From assembly GCA_037447605.1 (NCBI GenBank), contig CM074813.1, positions 682,001 to 746,000 on the forward strand: a stretch of 64,000 bases of DNA, given 5' to 3'. The first letter of the stretch is position 1. Each line of letters opens with the position of its first letter. The stretch comes from Zygnema circumcarinatum SAG 698-1b. Taxonomy: Eukaryota > Plantae > Zygnematophyceae. Below the pieces are notes generated by a model. The model worked only from the letters and a program-made list of their open reading frames with translations, had not been told where the DNA came from and made no database searches. Below are positions 49,701 through 60,922 of this stretch, piece after piece. Both the position numbers and the translations under genes were made by a program.

Positions 49701-52700
49701 AGTATTGTACTACTGTAATTGAACTCTTCTCGTAAAAAATATGTATAAAGTCTTTGTTTTCCTTTTTCTAGATACCTGTGACAGTTCCTCCTGCACGTTG
49801 GAGGGCAGTTTGGAAGCTGCGAGCCGCGCTTCATCCTTCAACTGCTCACCAACATTTGGAAAAAGAAAAAAACATGCATATGTAAGCGAAAAGAAAGGAA
49901 AGAAGAGGAACGATTGCATCAAAAAATGTTAACCCAAAGACCCTACAACACAGAAAAGTTGCAACCCGGGGAACTCGGGAAACTCTGAGAATGAATGAGG
50001 CATTTTTTTTTGCCCCTATTTGAATGCAGCCCTCACCTTGACTGCTTTGACTCGATCTGCTAACGGCGGAAGGTTATCAATAAGAACGCGAGATATGAAG
50101 TCCGGCCCTTTCGCCTGCTTGAAGAAGGAGTGCTTCAGCAGCTTCTCTGCAGTTGGACGCTTGGAGGGGTCCTTCACTAGGCACATAGCAATCATCTCCT
50201 TCATGGCCTGAAGGAAATGGCGAAAGAGAAAGAAAGATGAGTATTTGGAACACAAACTATTCCAGCGGATGATCCTCCCCCCCTCCCTCCCTCCCTCCCT
50301 CCCTCTCCTCCCTCCCCTCCCTCCCCTCCCTCCCCTCNNNNNNNNNNTCCCTCCCTCCCTCCCTTCCCCCCCCGTAGACGCAGAAGTTTCTCAAATGTGT
50401 TGTACCTTGGAGAAGCGTTTGTCTCGCTCATAGTCGAGACCGGGGGGAGCATTTTGCAGTGTCATTAGTAGAACCTGCTTGTATTGAACCAGGCAGAAAA
50501 TAAATCACAATTAGATAACACAGTCACAAAAGAGGATGCTGTTTTATGCTCGGCAAGCGATCAACGTACGAACTACAACTTTTTGAGATTGACACAAGCA
50601 GGAGGATATTTAGGATTTGAGATTATTTTCATCGCTCCATGGATACCTTCATAGGGGGGTATTTAGAGAAGGGGGCATGGCCATGTGCGAGCTCCAAAGC
50701 AGTGATGCCAAATGACCAGATATCAGCCCTGAAGCGCAACGATGAGAAATTAAATTGTTTCAACTTGAAGTGCAATACGAGTTGGCAGAAATACACTCAA
50801 AAAGGTGAAGAGGCTGGTCCATTAAACTATCTGCCTGTTATATTATTCTCGTTTCATCAAATTCGCAATGACAAAAGGAGTTCAGCTGAAGGGAGCTCAA
50901 ACAATACGTACTTGAAATCATAGCCATGGAGTTGCTCCATGACTTCAGGAGCCATCCTGCACCGTGAAAGCAACAAAGAAATGTCATAAGGACAGGCAGA
51001 AATTTTGCACAAAGACTGGTGGAGTGGTAGACTGGTGTCTACCAGCTTCTTCCATTTAGAACTAAATTCAAATAGAGAAATTTTAGACACAAATAGTTTA
51101 AACAGGTGCGTCCAAAGCAAAATTTGGGCCATTGCACTTTCTGCTCCTTGTATCCAATAGTTTGGTTCGTTTGCTCCTTACATACTCCCCTTTTCTTCCA
51201 CTGTTCTATCCCAATAAAAGGTTGAAGCAAACTCCTCTGGACTAGACAACCAATCCACAAATGGGACAGGCAAAGCCGCTTTGCAGTTTCAATACTTCCC
51301 AAGTCTGCAATACGTATCTGTTAAACCCTTCCAAACTCACCAGCAGGGGGTGCCACAGAACGTATTTCTTGCTCGTTGTCGGTCTCCCATATCAAACATG
51401 CATGTGGAAACGCCGAAATCTCCCAACTTCACATTTCCCGACTTGTCAATAAGAATGTTTCCAGCCTGCAAAGCAAATGCATACGTTAATCACAAACAGC
51501 AATTGTGATAAATCAGTAATATGAGAGTAATAGTAGTAATGTTCACGATATCAATACAATACGAAGACTTCATCAAAACGATTGCTGTACCTTCACATCT
51601 CGATGTATATGGCCCTGCCGATGCAGGTAATCCAAAGCTTTCAGTGTCTCCCGCAGAATGGTAGCTATCACAGGCTCGTCAAAGCCATCTGGATAATGCG
51701 ACTTCATGATGTGAAGACACGAGCCCCCCGCCATGTATGGCATGACCACCCACAGGTATTGATCCTTCACAAAGGAGCAGTACGCCCTGACAACGTTGGG
51801 ATGATTTATCATTACCATCATTTGTGCCTCCTTTCGGATGTCATCCTGCAACACAACACCCCCGAGGTAAAGCAACATGAGCCTCGGCCTCACGGGTGCA
51901 TCTGGGTGTGCGAAAGGGGAGAGAGAGAGAGAGAGAGAGGAAAGAGAGAAGGAGAGAAGGAGAGAGGGAGAGAGTGACAAAGTGGGAGGGAAAGAGGGAA
52001 GAGTGCATTTATCCAGACATTCCCCTAAACAAATCCTTGTTTGGGATCATGATACGTGCGCAAGTAACACTGGGTTCTGGAATCAATATCCTGTCTACGT
52101 AGAAGACCTCTTAAATTACACACATCCTCCGATTTAATCTGAACTTTGGATCAGAAAGACTACGTCAAGGGGCATGTTTCTGCACATGGGAAGTCAAACT
52201 TTCAACGCATATCAACCCAATGAGGCGTAGATGTTATAAAGTACGCGAGAAATCTTTCAGTCAAAGAAATAATAGGTGTAAATATGAAGCAACTGGCAGA
52301 GCAGAAGTTAACCACAGGAACCATAGGATATAATGCAGCTCAAATTGCCGGCTCCCTTCTCTCCCCCTCTCCGCGCCTGCGACTCCCTCTGTCGAGCTCT
52401 CACTCTCTCCCTTCCTCCATCCAACCCCCTTCACTAGAAACACAAAACCTAACATGATTCGGCAAAGGCATTAGCCTGCTTTCAATCGCTTCAAGCCTCC
52501 AACATTTGGCCATGCACAAGGTGTTCTACTGCAAATCCGGGGTACAAATTACAGCCCTAGAGCATTGCCAAAAGTGCCTTAGTAATGAACTGCCCACACT
52601 TGTCCCAAAGACAGAATATTCACGAAAAAAGAGATGATGCTATAAGTATGCATATATGAATGTACGTATGAACGTGTGTATGTACGTATGTATACATATG

Positions 52701-53725
52701 TATATACGTATGTATATACGTATTAAGTATGTACATATGCATGTATGTATGTGTGTATCTATGTGTATATATGAATGTATGAATGTATGTATGGAGAGAG
52801 ATGTCGGATTGATCTCATGGTGGCGATGCCATCAAATGTACATGGACAAAATCATCATGGGAAACCACGAGGAACTGGTCGCAAAGCACCTAAGGACAAA
52901 AGAAAAAAGGTAGGAGCTGACAGCTACGCCTAGGCTCAACAACACAGCCCTCCCTCGAAGCAGCGGCGAAGGTCGCCGATGTGCAGCACATCGCGCGGAG
53001 GGAGTGCCGGCACGGTCACCAACAACCGCGGCACGCCGAAGGAGCGTAGAAGCGAGGCAACGCATACATACATATACACATACAACATACATACATGTAT
53101 GTATGTATGTATGTTTTAAGTATGAATGTATGTCTATATGTGTTTACATATGTATGTCTGTATGTGTGTATGACTGTAGGTCTGTATGTATGAATGTATG
53201 TACATATGCGCATGCAGCATCTTCCATTGAAGAAAGAGGATTTGTAAGCCTTCCTCTTTTCTCCTTTATTAAATAGTTAATAGGAAGAACACAAAGTTTT
53301 AATCGCTCGTCCTCAAATGCACCTCCCCGTACACCAAAAATGCGAAATGCCGCACATTTTTTTCAATTCCTTTTATTTATTTTTTAAACCATTCCGCCCA
53401 TCCAAACAGACAACATAGTCATCCATGCCTGTCGCCATTGCCTGCCTGCCCATGCCCATGCCCCATGCCCATGCCCATGCGCATGCCTGCCTCTCCCTCC
53501 CTCTCCCATACACACACACACATACATACACACATACATACATATACATACCAGACTGCTGTTGCACTTCTCCAAGTCCAGGCTCTTGATCGCCACCACC
53601 TCGTTCAGCGACTTGCACTGCGCGCGGTACACCGTGGCGCTCACGCCCTGCCCGATGTCCTCCAGGATCTTGTAGTCGCTGGGGTTGGTCGGGAACTGCC
53701 GGAGCTCCCCCCCTGTGTTCGGCAT
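39009..53725 (-). CDS. STE20-family MAP4K Ser/Thr kinase (plant OSR1/SPAK-related clade, like Arabidopsis MAP4K4/TOT3 and relatives), 22 exons, 827 aa counting the duplicated block once
   Basis: Exons 53725-53552, 51845-51591, 51465-51341, 50956-50912, 50728-50647, 50474-50406, 50207-50037, 49841-49776, 49481-49413, 49030-48650, [repeat copy 48390-48220, 48024-47959, 47664-47596, 47213-46833], 46705-46620, 46433-46362, 45841-45713, 45527-45337, 44922-44828, 44616-44563, 40911-40792, 40462-40417, 40115-40060, 39802-39741, 39360-39309, 39092-39009. All GT-AG, frame continuous (2484 nt). Motifs: [74 protein letters not shown], and a C-terminal coil [16 protein letters not shown]...[17 protein letters not shown]. 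The donor at 45336 is the least certain junction. Confidence 0.93.
40955..44300 (+). repeat. About 3.3-kb (CCCTCT)n hexamer satellite, (GAGGGA)n on the sense strand, filling kinase intron 16 (40912-44562)
   Basis: Almost pure polypyrimidine/polypurine duplex with occasional single-base slips and no N gap. Confidence 0.97.
46714..50337. repeat. Apparently identical 1807-bp tandem duplication (46714-48520 and 48531-50337) containing kinase exons 7-10; probable assembly artefact
   Basis: Constant 1817-bp offset, identical ORF translations, and a 10-N gap at the end of each copy. Confidence 0.9.
52821..52985 (+). mobile_element. Dispersed repeat fragment in kinase intron 1; diverged inverted copy at about 55445-55600 and a short match at about 32988-33020
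   Basis: Shared aaccacgaggaactgg.cgca.ag.acctaaggacaa...agctacgcc.aggct.aacaac, roughly 70% identical by eye. Confidence 0.6.
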
Positions 53726-53775
53726 GCTTCCCGCCTGCCTGCCTGCCTGCCTGCCCGCCTTCCAACCACCGCTCC

Positions 53776-53878
53776 AAAACCCTAAACCCTCAGCCCTACA
53801 GCCGCAGATCCAGCCCTCAGGCTGCAGACAGAACCCGCAGGCTTCGAAACCCTAAACCTCCAAAACCCTAAACCTCGA
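53776..53878 (+). promoter_or_regulatory. Telo-box (AAACCCTA) cluster just 5' of the kinase ATG
   Basis: aaaaccctaaaccctc and aaaccctaaacctccaaaaccctaaacc, 50-150 bp upstream of the ATG. Telo-boxes are established plant promoter/5'UTR elements. Confidence 0.5.
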
Positions 53879-56516
53879 CGACGCTAGCACCCCCTGCTGC
53901 TGCTTCCATTCCTCCCCAGCGGCCAAGGGCCGGCCCTGCAGAGCGAGAGGTGCATTTGACGGCCAGGATGTGTCCCGCTGTTGACTCGGGCCACATCGGA
54001 CGGTCATGATTTATCGATGTTTATCCAATGGGAAATTTCCACGTGTACATTAGATGCCTGCGTGGCTGCGTCCCATTGGCTGGGGTTCAAATGAAGTTCG
54101 TGAAAACGGGAAATTGCGGAAAGGACGTCCCCTTTGACCCCCCCCCCCCTCCGGAAGGAAGGGAGGGACCGCCCCATGATCCCCATGGTCCCATGTGGGA
54201 CCGTACAACGCGGTCCGTGGGGTAGGACAATGGAACGATCTATGTCACACATACGGAAAATTGGGAGGGCTGAGCTTAAGCTTCATGGACATGCGAAGTT
54301 TGTTAAAGCCGTTATCAAACTGGTTTTCGATGAGCGGACGAATTTCTGAAGGTCCGAATCGAATTTAATGTACCGAGTTTTGGAAATTCGGTGTACCGGT
54401 ACGGTGGGTTATATGGTCCCCAAGAGGCGCTTGAGCGTCCCCCTAGTCCCCAAGTTGTTGAGTTGTTCTCATGAGCCATCACCATCGATTGTGAGCCGCC
54501 TCATTCCACGGGTTCTGCATGTTGAGCTTTTTCCATTTCCATGGTTACGAAGTAGATTCCAAACACGCGAATCTTAAATTCAACGAATTTTGAATAGCGA
54601 ATTCAACTTACAAGAATACGCGCCAAAGTTGTGGTGTTGTTAAGCGTCCATGGCTCCATGAGTCAATGCCACAGTATCACCATACATATAAATGCTACAT
54701 GAGTGATGTGTCCATGTCTAACCCAATTGTCCATGGGTCCATATGCCACGAATTCATTACCTAGTATCAGCCATAGCATAGGTCCACTGTCTACAGCCCT
54801 TTGAACCATGCACCACAGGCTGGCCATAGCTAATTAGCCATGCCAATTGCCACATGATGACAGCACAACGGGAAGTAAGATAGCAACACATGGCATGTAT
54901 GGTGCACCCAAGTCCAGTGCTCCCAGCACATGGCATCCGGCATACATATGACATGCCAGCCTTCCCGGTTTCCATGGCTTTGCTTGGCTCGTTGTCTTTT
55001 CAAACATGGCTTCCCGCCCCTCCTCCCACGCCGCGTGCCCCTGCCCCACTTGGGCGAAAATCGCGGCTGATCCTAGAGCCGGTGTAGCGAAACGGTATAG
55101 ATCTTTGTACGGCTTTTTACATAGATCCGTTGTTGCCATTTTAATGGTGAAGCACTTAGGTGGGTGCCAGGGGGCCCCGAGTTCGAACCCTGCTATATGA
55201 GGTTCGATACAGCCGGTTGTAAAAACTCTAGAGACGGGTTGTCGTTGAACCTAGAATATTGCAGAGGTCCGGCTGGTACGTGGTCGTTTGTGACAAGTTC
55301 CCACTAACACTAGCCATGTTGTTGTTGTCCATGCACTACATTTCATGGTACCGCCATCGCGAGACCGGTGGCCACCCCTTTTCTGCGCATGGCATATGGG
55401 CATACAGAACCTGCACCTTGCAATGCCATGACATGTCATACCATCCCCCGCGGCGACCATCGCGGCTGCCTCTAAGGAGGACTGCGTTGTTAAGCCTGGG
55501 CGTAGCTTTCCGCTCCCAACTTTTTTCTTGTCCTTAGGTCCTGTGCGCCCAGTTCCTCGTGGTTCCCCGTGCTGACTTTGTCAATGTATTTTTGATCGGC
55601 CGCGGCAACATTGCAAGAGTAACAAGACAGAACCTGGGACCCTATGGGCAAAATGCGAGGTGTTCTTCCAATAGAATCATGCCACGTGTAAACTTTCCAC
55701 ACGTGGCGATATTTCATTGGAAGATGTTCTCCATTGGACAAGACTGGCCCTTCCCAGTACAAAACCGTCCTGTACAGTACAGTACTCGACATGTCATGCC
55801 GTACATGTACCGTACGAAACCGAATACCGTACAATTACAGTTCTATGTATTTATCCTACCGTAATGTGCTGTTTCACGCAATTTTTACGATTTCCGGAAC
55901 AGAGAGCATGGAGTGGGCAGGCGGCGGGCGGGCCCTGACAGTTCCTTGCCGGCCTGGCGCCGGCCATAGGTCAGCGCCTGGCGTCCGCCCGCCCCTCTAC
56001 CCCGTTTTCCGACCCCATTCCGCCCGCCCGAAAAAACCAGAACGTCTGCTACCACCATTTTGTGGGCTCCCTAAGATCGCACCAAATGGGAGCGGGCGGG
56101 ACTTTTCGCCCAGCCCCTGACAGGTCTCGCGCCTTCAAACTTCTGCTCTTCGGACTTCTGCTTTCCTCCCCTCTCTCTCTCTCTCCCTGTCCCTCTTTCT
56201 CTCTCTACCTCTTTGTCTCTCTCTCTTCTCTACCACTCTCTTGTCGCTCGCCCCTCTCTCTCTCTCTTCCCCTCCCTCTGCTCTATTTATTTCTCGTGTC
56301 TCGATCGTTCTCTTCTCTTCTCCTCGCGAACTCTTTCTGCCTCTCCTCCCGCTCTCCCGCTGTCCCTCTTTTCTCTATTCCTTCCTACCCCTCTCCCCTC
56401 CTCTCCCTCCCCCCTCCCTCCCCCACCCCCTCCCTCCCTCCCTCCCTCCCTCCCTCCCTCCCTCCCTNNNNNNNNNNCCTCCCTCCCTCCCTCCCTCCCT
56501 CCTCTCCCGCTCTCTT

Positions 56517-59500
56517 ATGCCGCCGTCGAAGCTCCCGCCGTTCGACCCGGTGGCCTACGCGGCGAAGCGGAGAGAGCAGATAGAGAGGGCGAAGGAGCTC
56601 CGCAATGCGCGCTCGCACACCATCTCCGCCTCGCCGCCGAGGGATCCCTCAGGTGCTGCCCTAGGGCTTCCCCGCATCCATATGTATATGGAGGGAGAGA
56701 GTGGTGAGGATGCTGAGGGAGAGGCAGGAGCATTGGAGAGCCCCCTGGAAGGATTTGTATTGGAGCTTCTCTTCTCCCTCGTTTCTCTCTGCCTCTCTCT
56801 CTCTCTCTCTCTTCCATTCTATTTTATTTTTTATTTGCCTCGTTTCCTTTTCTTTACTCTCGTTTGGTAAGCCAGACGAAGGGCAGTGGGGCCTTATTAA
56901 AGGAAGGGTGCCTCGTCATGCTCTGCATAGGGCAGTCGCAGGGTTAGGCTTAGCCATCGTTAGGAGAAAAAAGTGGTAGGTTATTTTTTTTTTCACCGAA
57001 CACCAGGAGAGTGAGAGAGAGAGAGAGGTGAGAGAGGGAGAGAAAAGCCAGCTTTCAGGGACTAAGTGGTATGCTCTGAAAAATGACACCTTCAGGAGGC
57101 TGCGCAGCCCGTGGAGGAACCTTACATGCAATACTCTCTCTCTCCTTCCCCCCTCTTTCTCTTTATCCTATTACAGTGCTCTTTCTTTTCCCCGCTAGAG
57201 TTTAATGCTGTTTCTTTTGGAAGCGCTGAAGCGTCTATATTCAGTCCTCCACTTGTCTTGTAGAGGATCCAACTGTTAAACATCTGAACAGAATCTCATC
57301 TTAACGGCTTGATTTAGAGCTAAACTATCGTATTACTGCATGTTTCTGGAGCCTTCGGAAACGCCTTCATGATGGTAATAGCTGGGGTGAAGGTCGGGGT
57401 GCTGTGCATGAGTTGTATAGAGCAGTGGTTGATGTAATGCGACTGCCGAGAACTTAATATCTTCAAGCACAATCAGCAGCCTTGTTTTGTCCAGACCTTT
57501 TTCGTTACATGTAGGCTCCGTAGTGTCGGAGAGCAGTTGGACTCAGTGAATCTCCTCATCTTGGTTAAGCAGGAACTTCGTTGTTCTGCTTGTCACAATC
57601 TGAGTTTTCAATCATAAGACCTCATTTCAAACATGCTTTCACTTTTACATTTCCATTCTCTCATTCTGGATGTATGCATTGCTCAAGTTAAGTTTTTGTC
57701 GACTTTTGCAGCAAGACGACTTGCAAGCTACCCCCTTGATACTGGATTTCAGCGAAGGAGCCGAAGCAGAGGGGCCTCTCCCCCTCGAAAATTTGGGCCC
57801 AATGATCCGTTAGCAGGAAATACTCGGCGCGCAAGGAGCAGGGGAGCCTCACCTCCTCGCCGCGTGGGTGAACTCGTCGAACCGGTGGAGCCACAACGGA
57901 GGGGTAGAAGCACTCGAAAAGCATATTCTTTGCCAGGTACTGCATCTCGATCTGATACAGCAGACAGAAAACAAGAAGTGTGTACATTCAAGTGAGCTAA
58001 AAACGCGCATCCAACGCTTGACGTTGAATGAAAAAAGTGCCGTGCAGATTTCAACCCTACCTTGCTAACAATGCTTTGAGGTTGGGTTTTTTTTCTTTTT
58101 CTTGAGACAGAGGATGCACCTGCATTGAGCTTCGATGAAAAGGAATCGTCTTGGCTTGTCGGCTCTAATGGTAAAGCTGGACAAGATGATCTTTCTTCAT
58201 TCTTGGACCCTTCAGAAAAACTTGCAACTGAGCCTCCTCCGCGAGCTGGCCGGCGAGGAGTTTCAGGACCTATTTCATTGTCAAGTAGCGGAAAGGGAGA
58301 GACTTTGCAGTCTACAGGTCATGAAAGGCGTGCCTCTGTGGGAAATATTGCAGTTAATAATTCTAATCGAGCTTCAAGGAGTGCCTCCAAGGAAACATCT
58401 CCCAGAACTCCAAATCGCGGATCGGCGCCCAATTTTGCCTCACAAAAGGCGAAGTCAGAGGATCCAAAAGCCGCGAGAAATCTGAAGGAAGAGTTTGATG
58501 AGAGTTCTGTTCCACCAGAAGGAAAAGGGAAGGGTCTCTTTTCGCGGTTTCGGCTAAAGCTTTTTGGGAAGGGGAAGTTGGGAGGGGCAGTACCGATATC
58601 TGGTGGAGATTCTGAGCCTTCTTCTTTGAGTCCAGCTCCTCCTAATTCCTCTCCTTCTCTTGCTCCATCCATGAAAAGCTCGACTGCTACTGCAGATTCA
58701 CCCAATGCACTGCTTCCAATTCAGCGTAAATCATCTGGGGGCTCAGAACGCTCAATTGATTCTCCTACTGGAAGAAGTGTTAGTAGGTTGGCAGGCAGCC
58801 AAAGTGCTGCTCCCACAAGAGGAACAAATGAAGCAGTTGCAGATTCACATGCTTCTACCAAAACACCCGGGAAAGCTCCGGAAACCCTGAATCGAAAGAA
58901 ATCGGGGAATGTCTCAGAAGCTGTTGCAAAAGCTGCTACAGGATCAGTGGTTGCAGCAGCTACTTCAGCTTCGGCAAACACTCCAACAAAGGGAGAAAAG
59001 ATTGGGGGGGAAGTTAGAGCGAAAACTCCGGAAGCGAAATCTTCAGCAAGAGCAGGTTCACCTACTCCCGCTGCGAAAAGCGTAACAGGGAGAGGATCGT
59101 CAAGTTCACCTGGTTCAATAGGGAGGAAGGAGGGAAAATCCATGAAGCCATCTCCTCCCCCTGCGGACAAAGGGAGTGGGGCAGCCAATGAAGACTTGCC
59201 CCCTCAGTCACAGAAGGAAAGTGAGCCAGTGAAGTCGACAACGGAGGCAGGAAGTCTTGATTCTGCAGAAAATGGGACTTTGGATTCCAGTAAGAGTTCT
59301 GATGAAGGCAAGGCGAAGGCTTCATGGTTCACTCGATCGAAGATTGATGGGAAATCTCCTAAGCAGAGCATGGACGTTGCAAGCAGGTAAGGGCTGTAAA
59401 TGTCGATGTTTGTAGGGGTGGTGAAATTTCAACATGATGTAGGCTCAGTTCCAGTGTTTAAATACAAGGAATATTAAGAGGGCACTCATCCTGCATGGGA

Positions 59501-60922
59501 AAGGTGTAGAGAGAATCAGTTTCCCTCCTTCTGTGGAGTTGAAGCGAGAGAGTAAAGATCTGCAGTCTTTAGAGGGGAAGATGAAGCTCACTGATCGGCT
59601 TCTGAGAAGCAGAGATCATGGCAGATGAGGAGATTTTAAAGCAAGTCAAAGTATTTAGTTGCCATGTTCTTTACATGATGGCTAGTGTATAAAACGAGGT
59701 GCACCAATTTACCATGCTCCTTTGAAAGGCAGGTCTATTTGAAGTTTAAACAATCGAGTATTACTGCAGCGCGGCATAGCTTTATATCGTGATTTTTTTT
59801 GGTTTATTTCCAGATTCTATTTGTTTCAACGTTGTCATCCAATAAAGTTCTCTTGACATTGTTTCGATGATGGTGCACCGCCTGCTGCCTACCTTTTCTG
59901 AGAGTATCGTCGTGCAGGTCTCCCTTAGGGTTGAGTTGTAGTGCAGTGAATGGTGCTGTTTGATGCCGACTAATCTGTTGAAGTGATTTTTGCTGCTGCT
60001 GCTGCTAATGGACTGTTTCTGTACTAACAAGAGGAGCATTTATCAATGTTGTCGATGTGAACTAGCTTATAACCTGTGTGCTTCAGTAGGATGAAAAATC
60101 CGCCATGGAGGCACATGTGTGACCCTACTTAAAAGGAGCAGCAGATCAATGTCTCTTTGAAACACTCTCATAGTGTGGCTGATCACTTAACTTGACTGAC
60201 TTGGCATGCAAATTTTCCTCTTGATCTGCTTCCAGTCAAGCATATTTCCTTTCAAAAGCTTGAACTCCCATGCCATGTTTTGCTGCTTTTTGGAGAATGT
60301 TTACTTGTGAATTTGTTTCCTGGAGTGATTTGACAGGTCATCATCAGCTTCAGGTGGGTTGCTTCGGGAGAGCATAGAAGTGACTTCAAACCTACGGACC
60401 TGCCCTGACTGCGGCAGAAAATTCCGGCCAGAGTCGTTGGATAAGCACGTTCCTATATGCCGGTAAGCAAAACTTCTTAACCCTAAAATCACTCTAATAA
60501 CAGAAACAAATTTGAGAAAACCCCGGGAAGGCTCTTATTGGAATAGGACCAAGAACAGGTTTATTCGCGAGTTTGTTAATTGTAGCTCGCCGGTGACATT
60601 ATGACGTTTAGAGTGACAAGATAGAGGGGGGGAGTGCGGGAATTTCGTTCTGTGCAGTAAAGTATTTCTGACCAAGAGGAAAGTGTTTGACTCTACAAAG
60701 AAACGGTTGGCGGGTACGGAGGCAGCCCAGCTTTTGAGGGTTGGCAAAAAGGGCCCTAGAAAGTCAGTACCCTCCTCCTCCTCCTCTAAGGGAGAGGGAG
60801 GAGTCTCCCGAAAGGGAGAGGGAGGGCCGGCTCGGGTGGGAGGGGGAGGGGGGAGGGAGCGGCCGCGTTGGAGGGCACAAAGTGAGGAGCTGCAGGCAGC
60901 CATTCGCGCCGCCAGACAGTGA
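56517..60922 (+). CDS. C2HC-type zinc-finger protein (ZC2HC1/FAM164-like C-terminus) with a long S/K/P-rich disordered region, 5 exons, about 675 aa; 3' end uncertain
   Basis: Exons 56517-56652, 57712-57936, 58111-59386, 60337-60462, 60658-60922 join in frame (2028 nt). Finger CPDCGRKFRPESLDKHVPIC is followed by KRKVFDSTKKRLAGT and WRAQSEELQAAIRAAR. A GTGAG at 60919 could instead splice to a short last exon near 61065. Confidence 0.78.

Noticed and set aside
53990-56130. GC-rich, GTAC-rich intergenic segments (also about 62100-63100) that look transposon-derived
   Set aside because: No paired TIRs or TSDs could be established by eye, so no boundaries are claimed.
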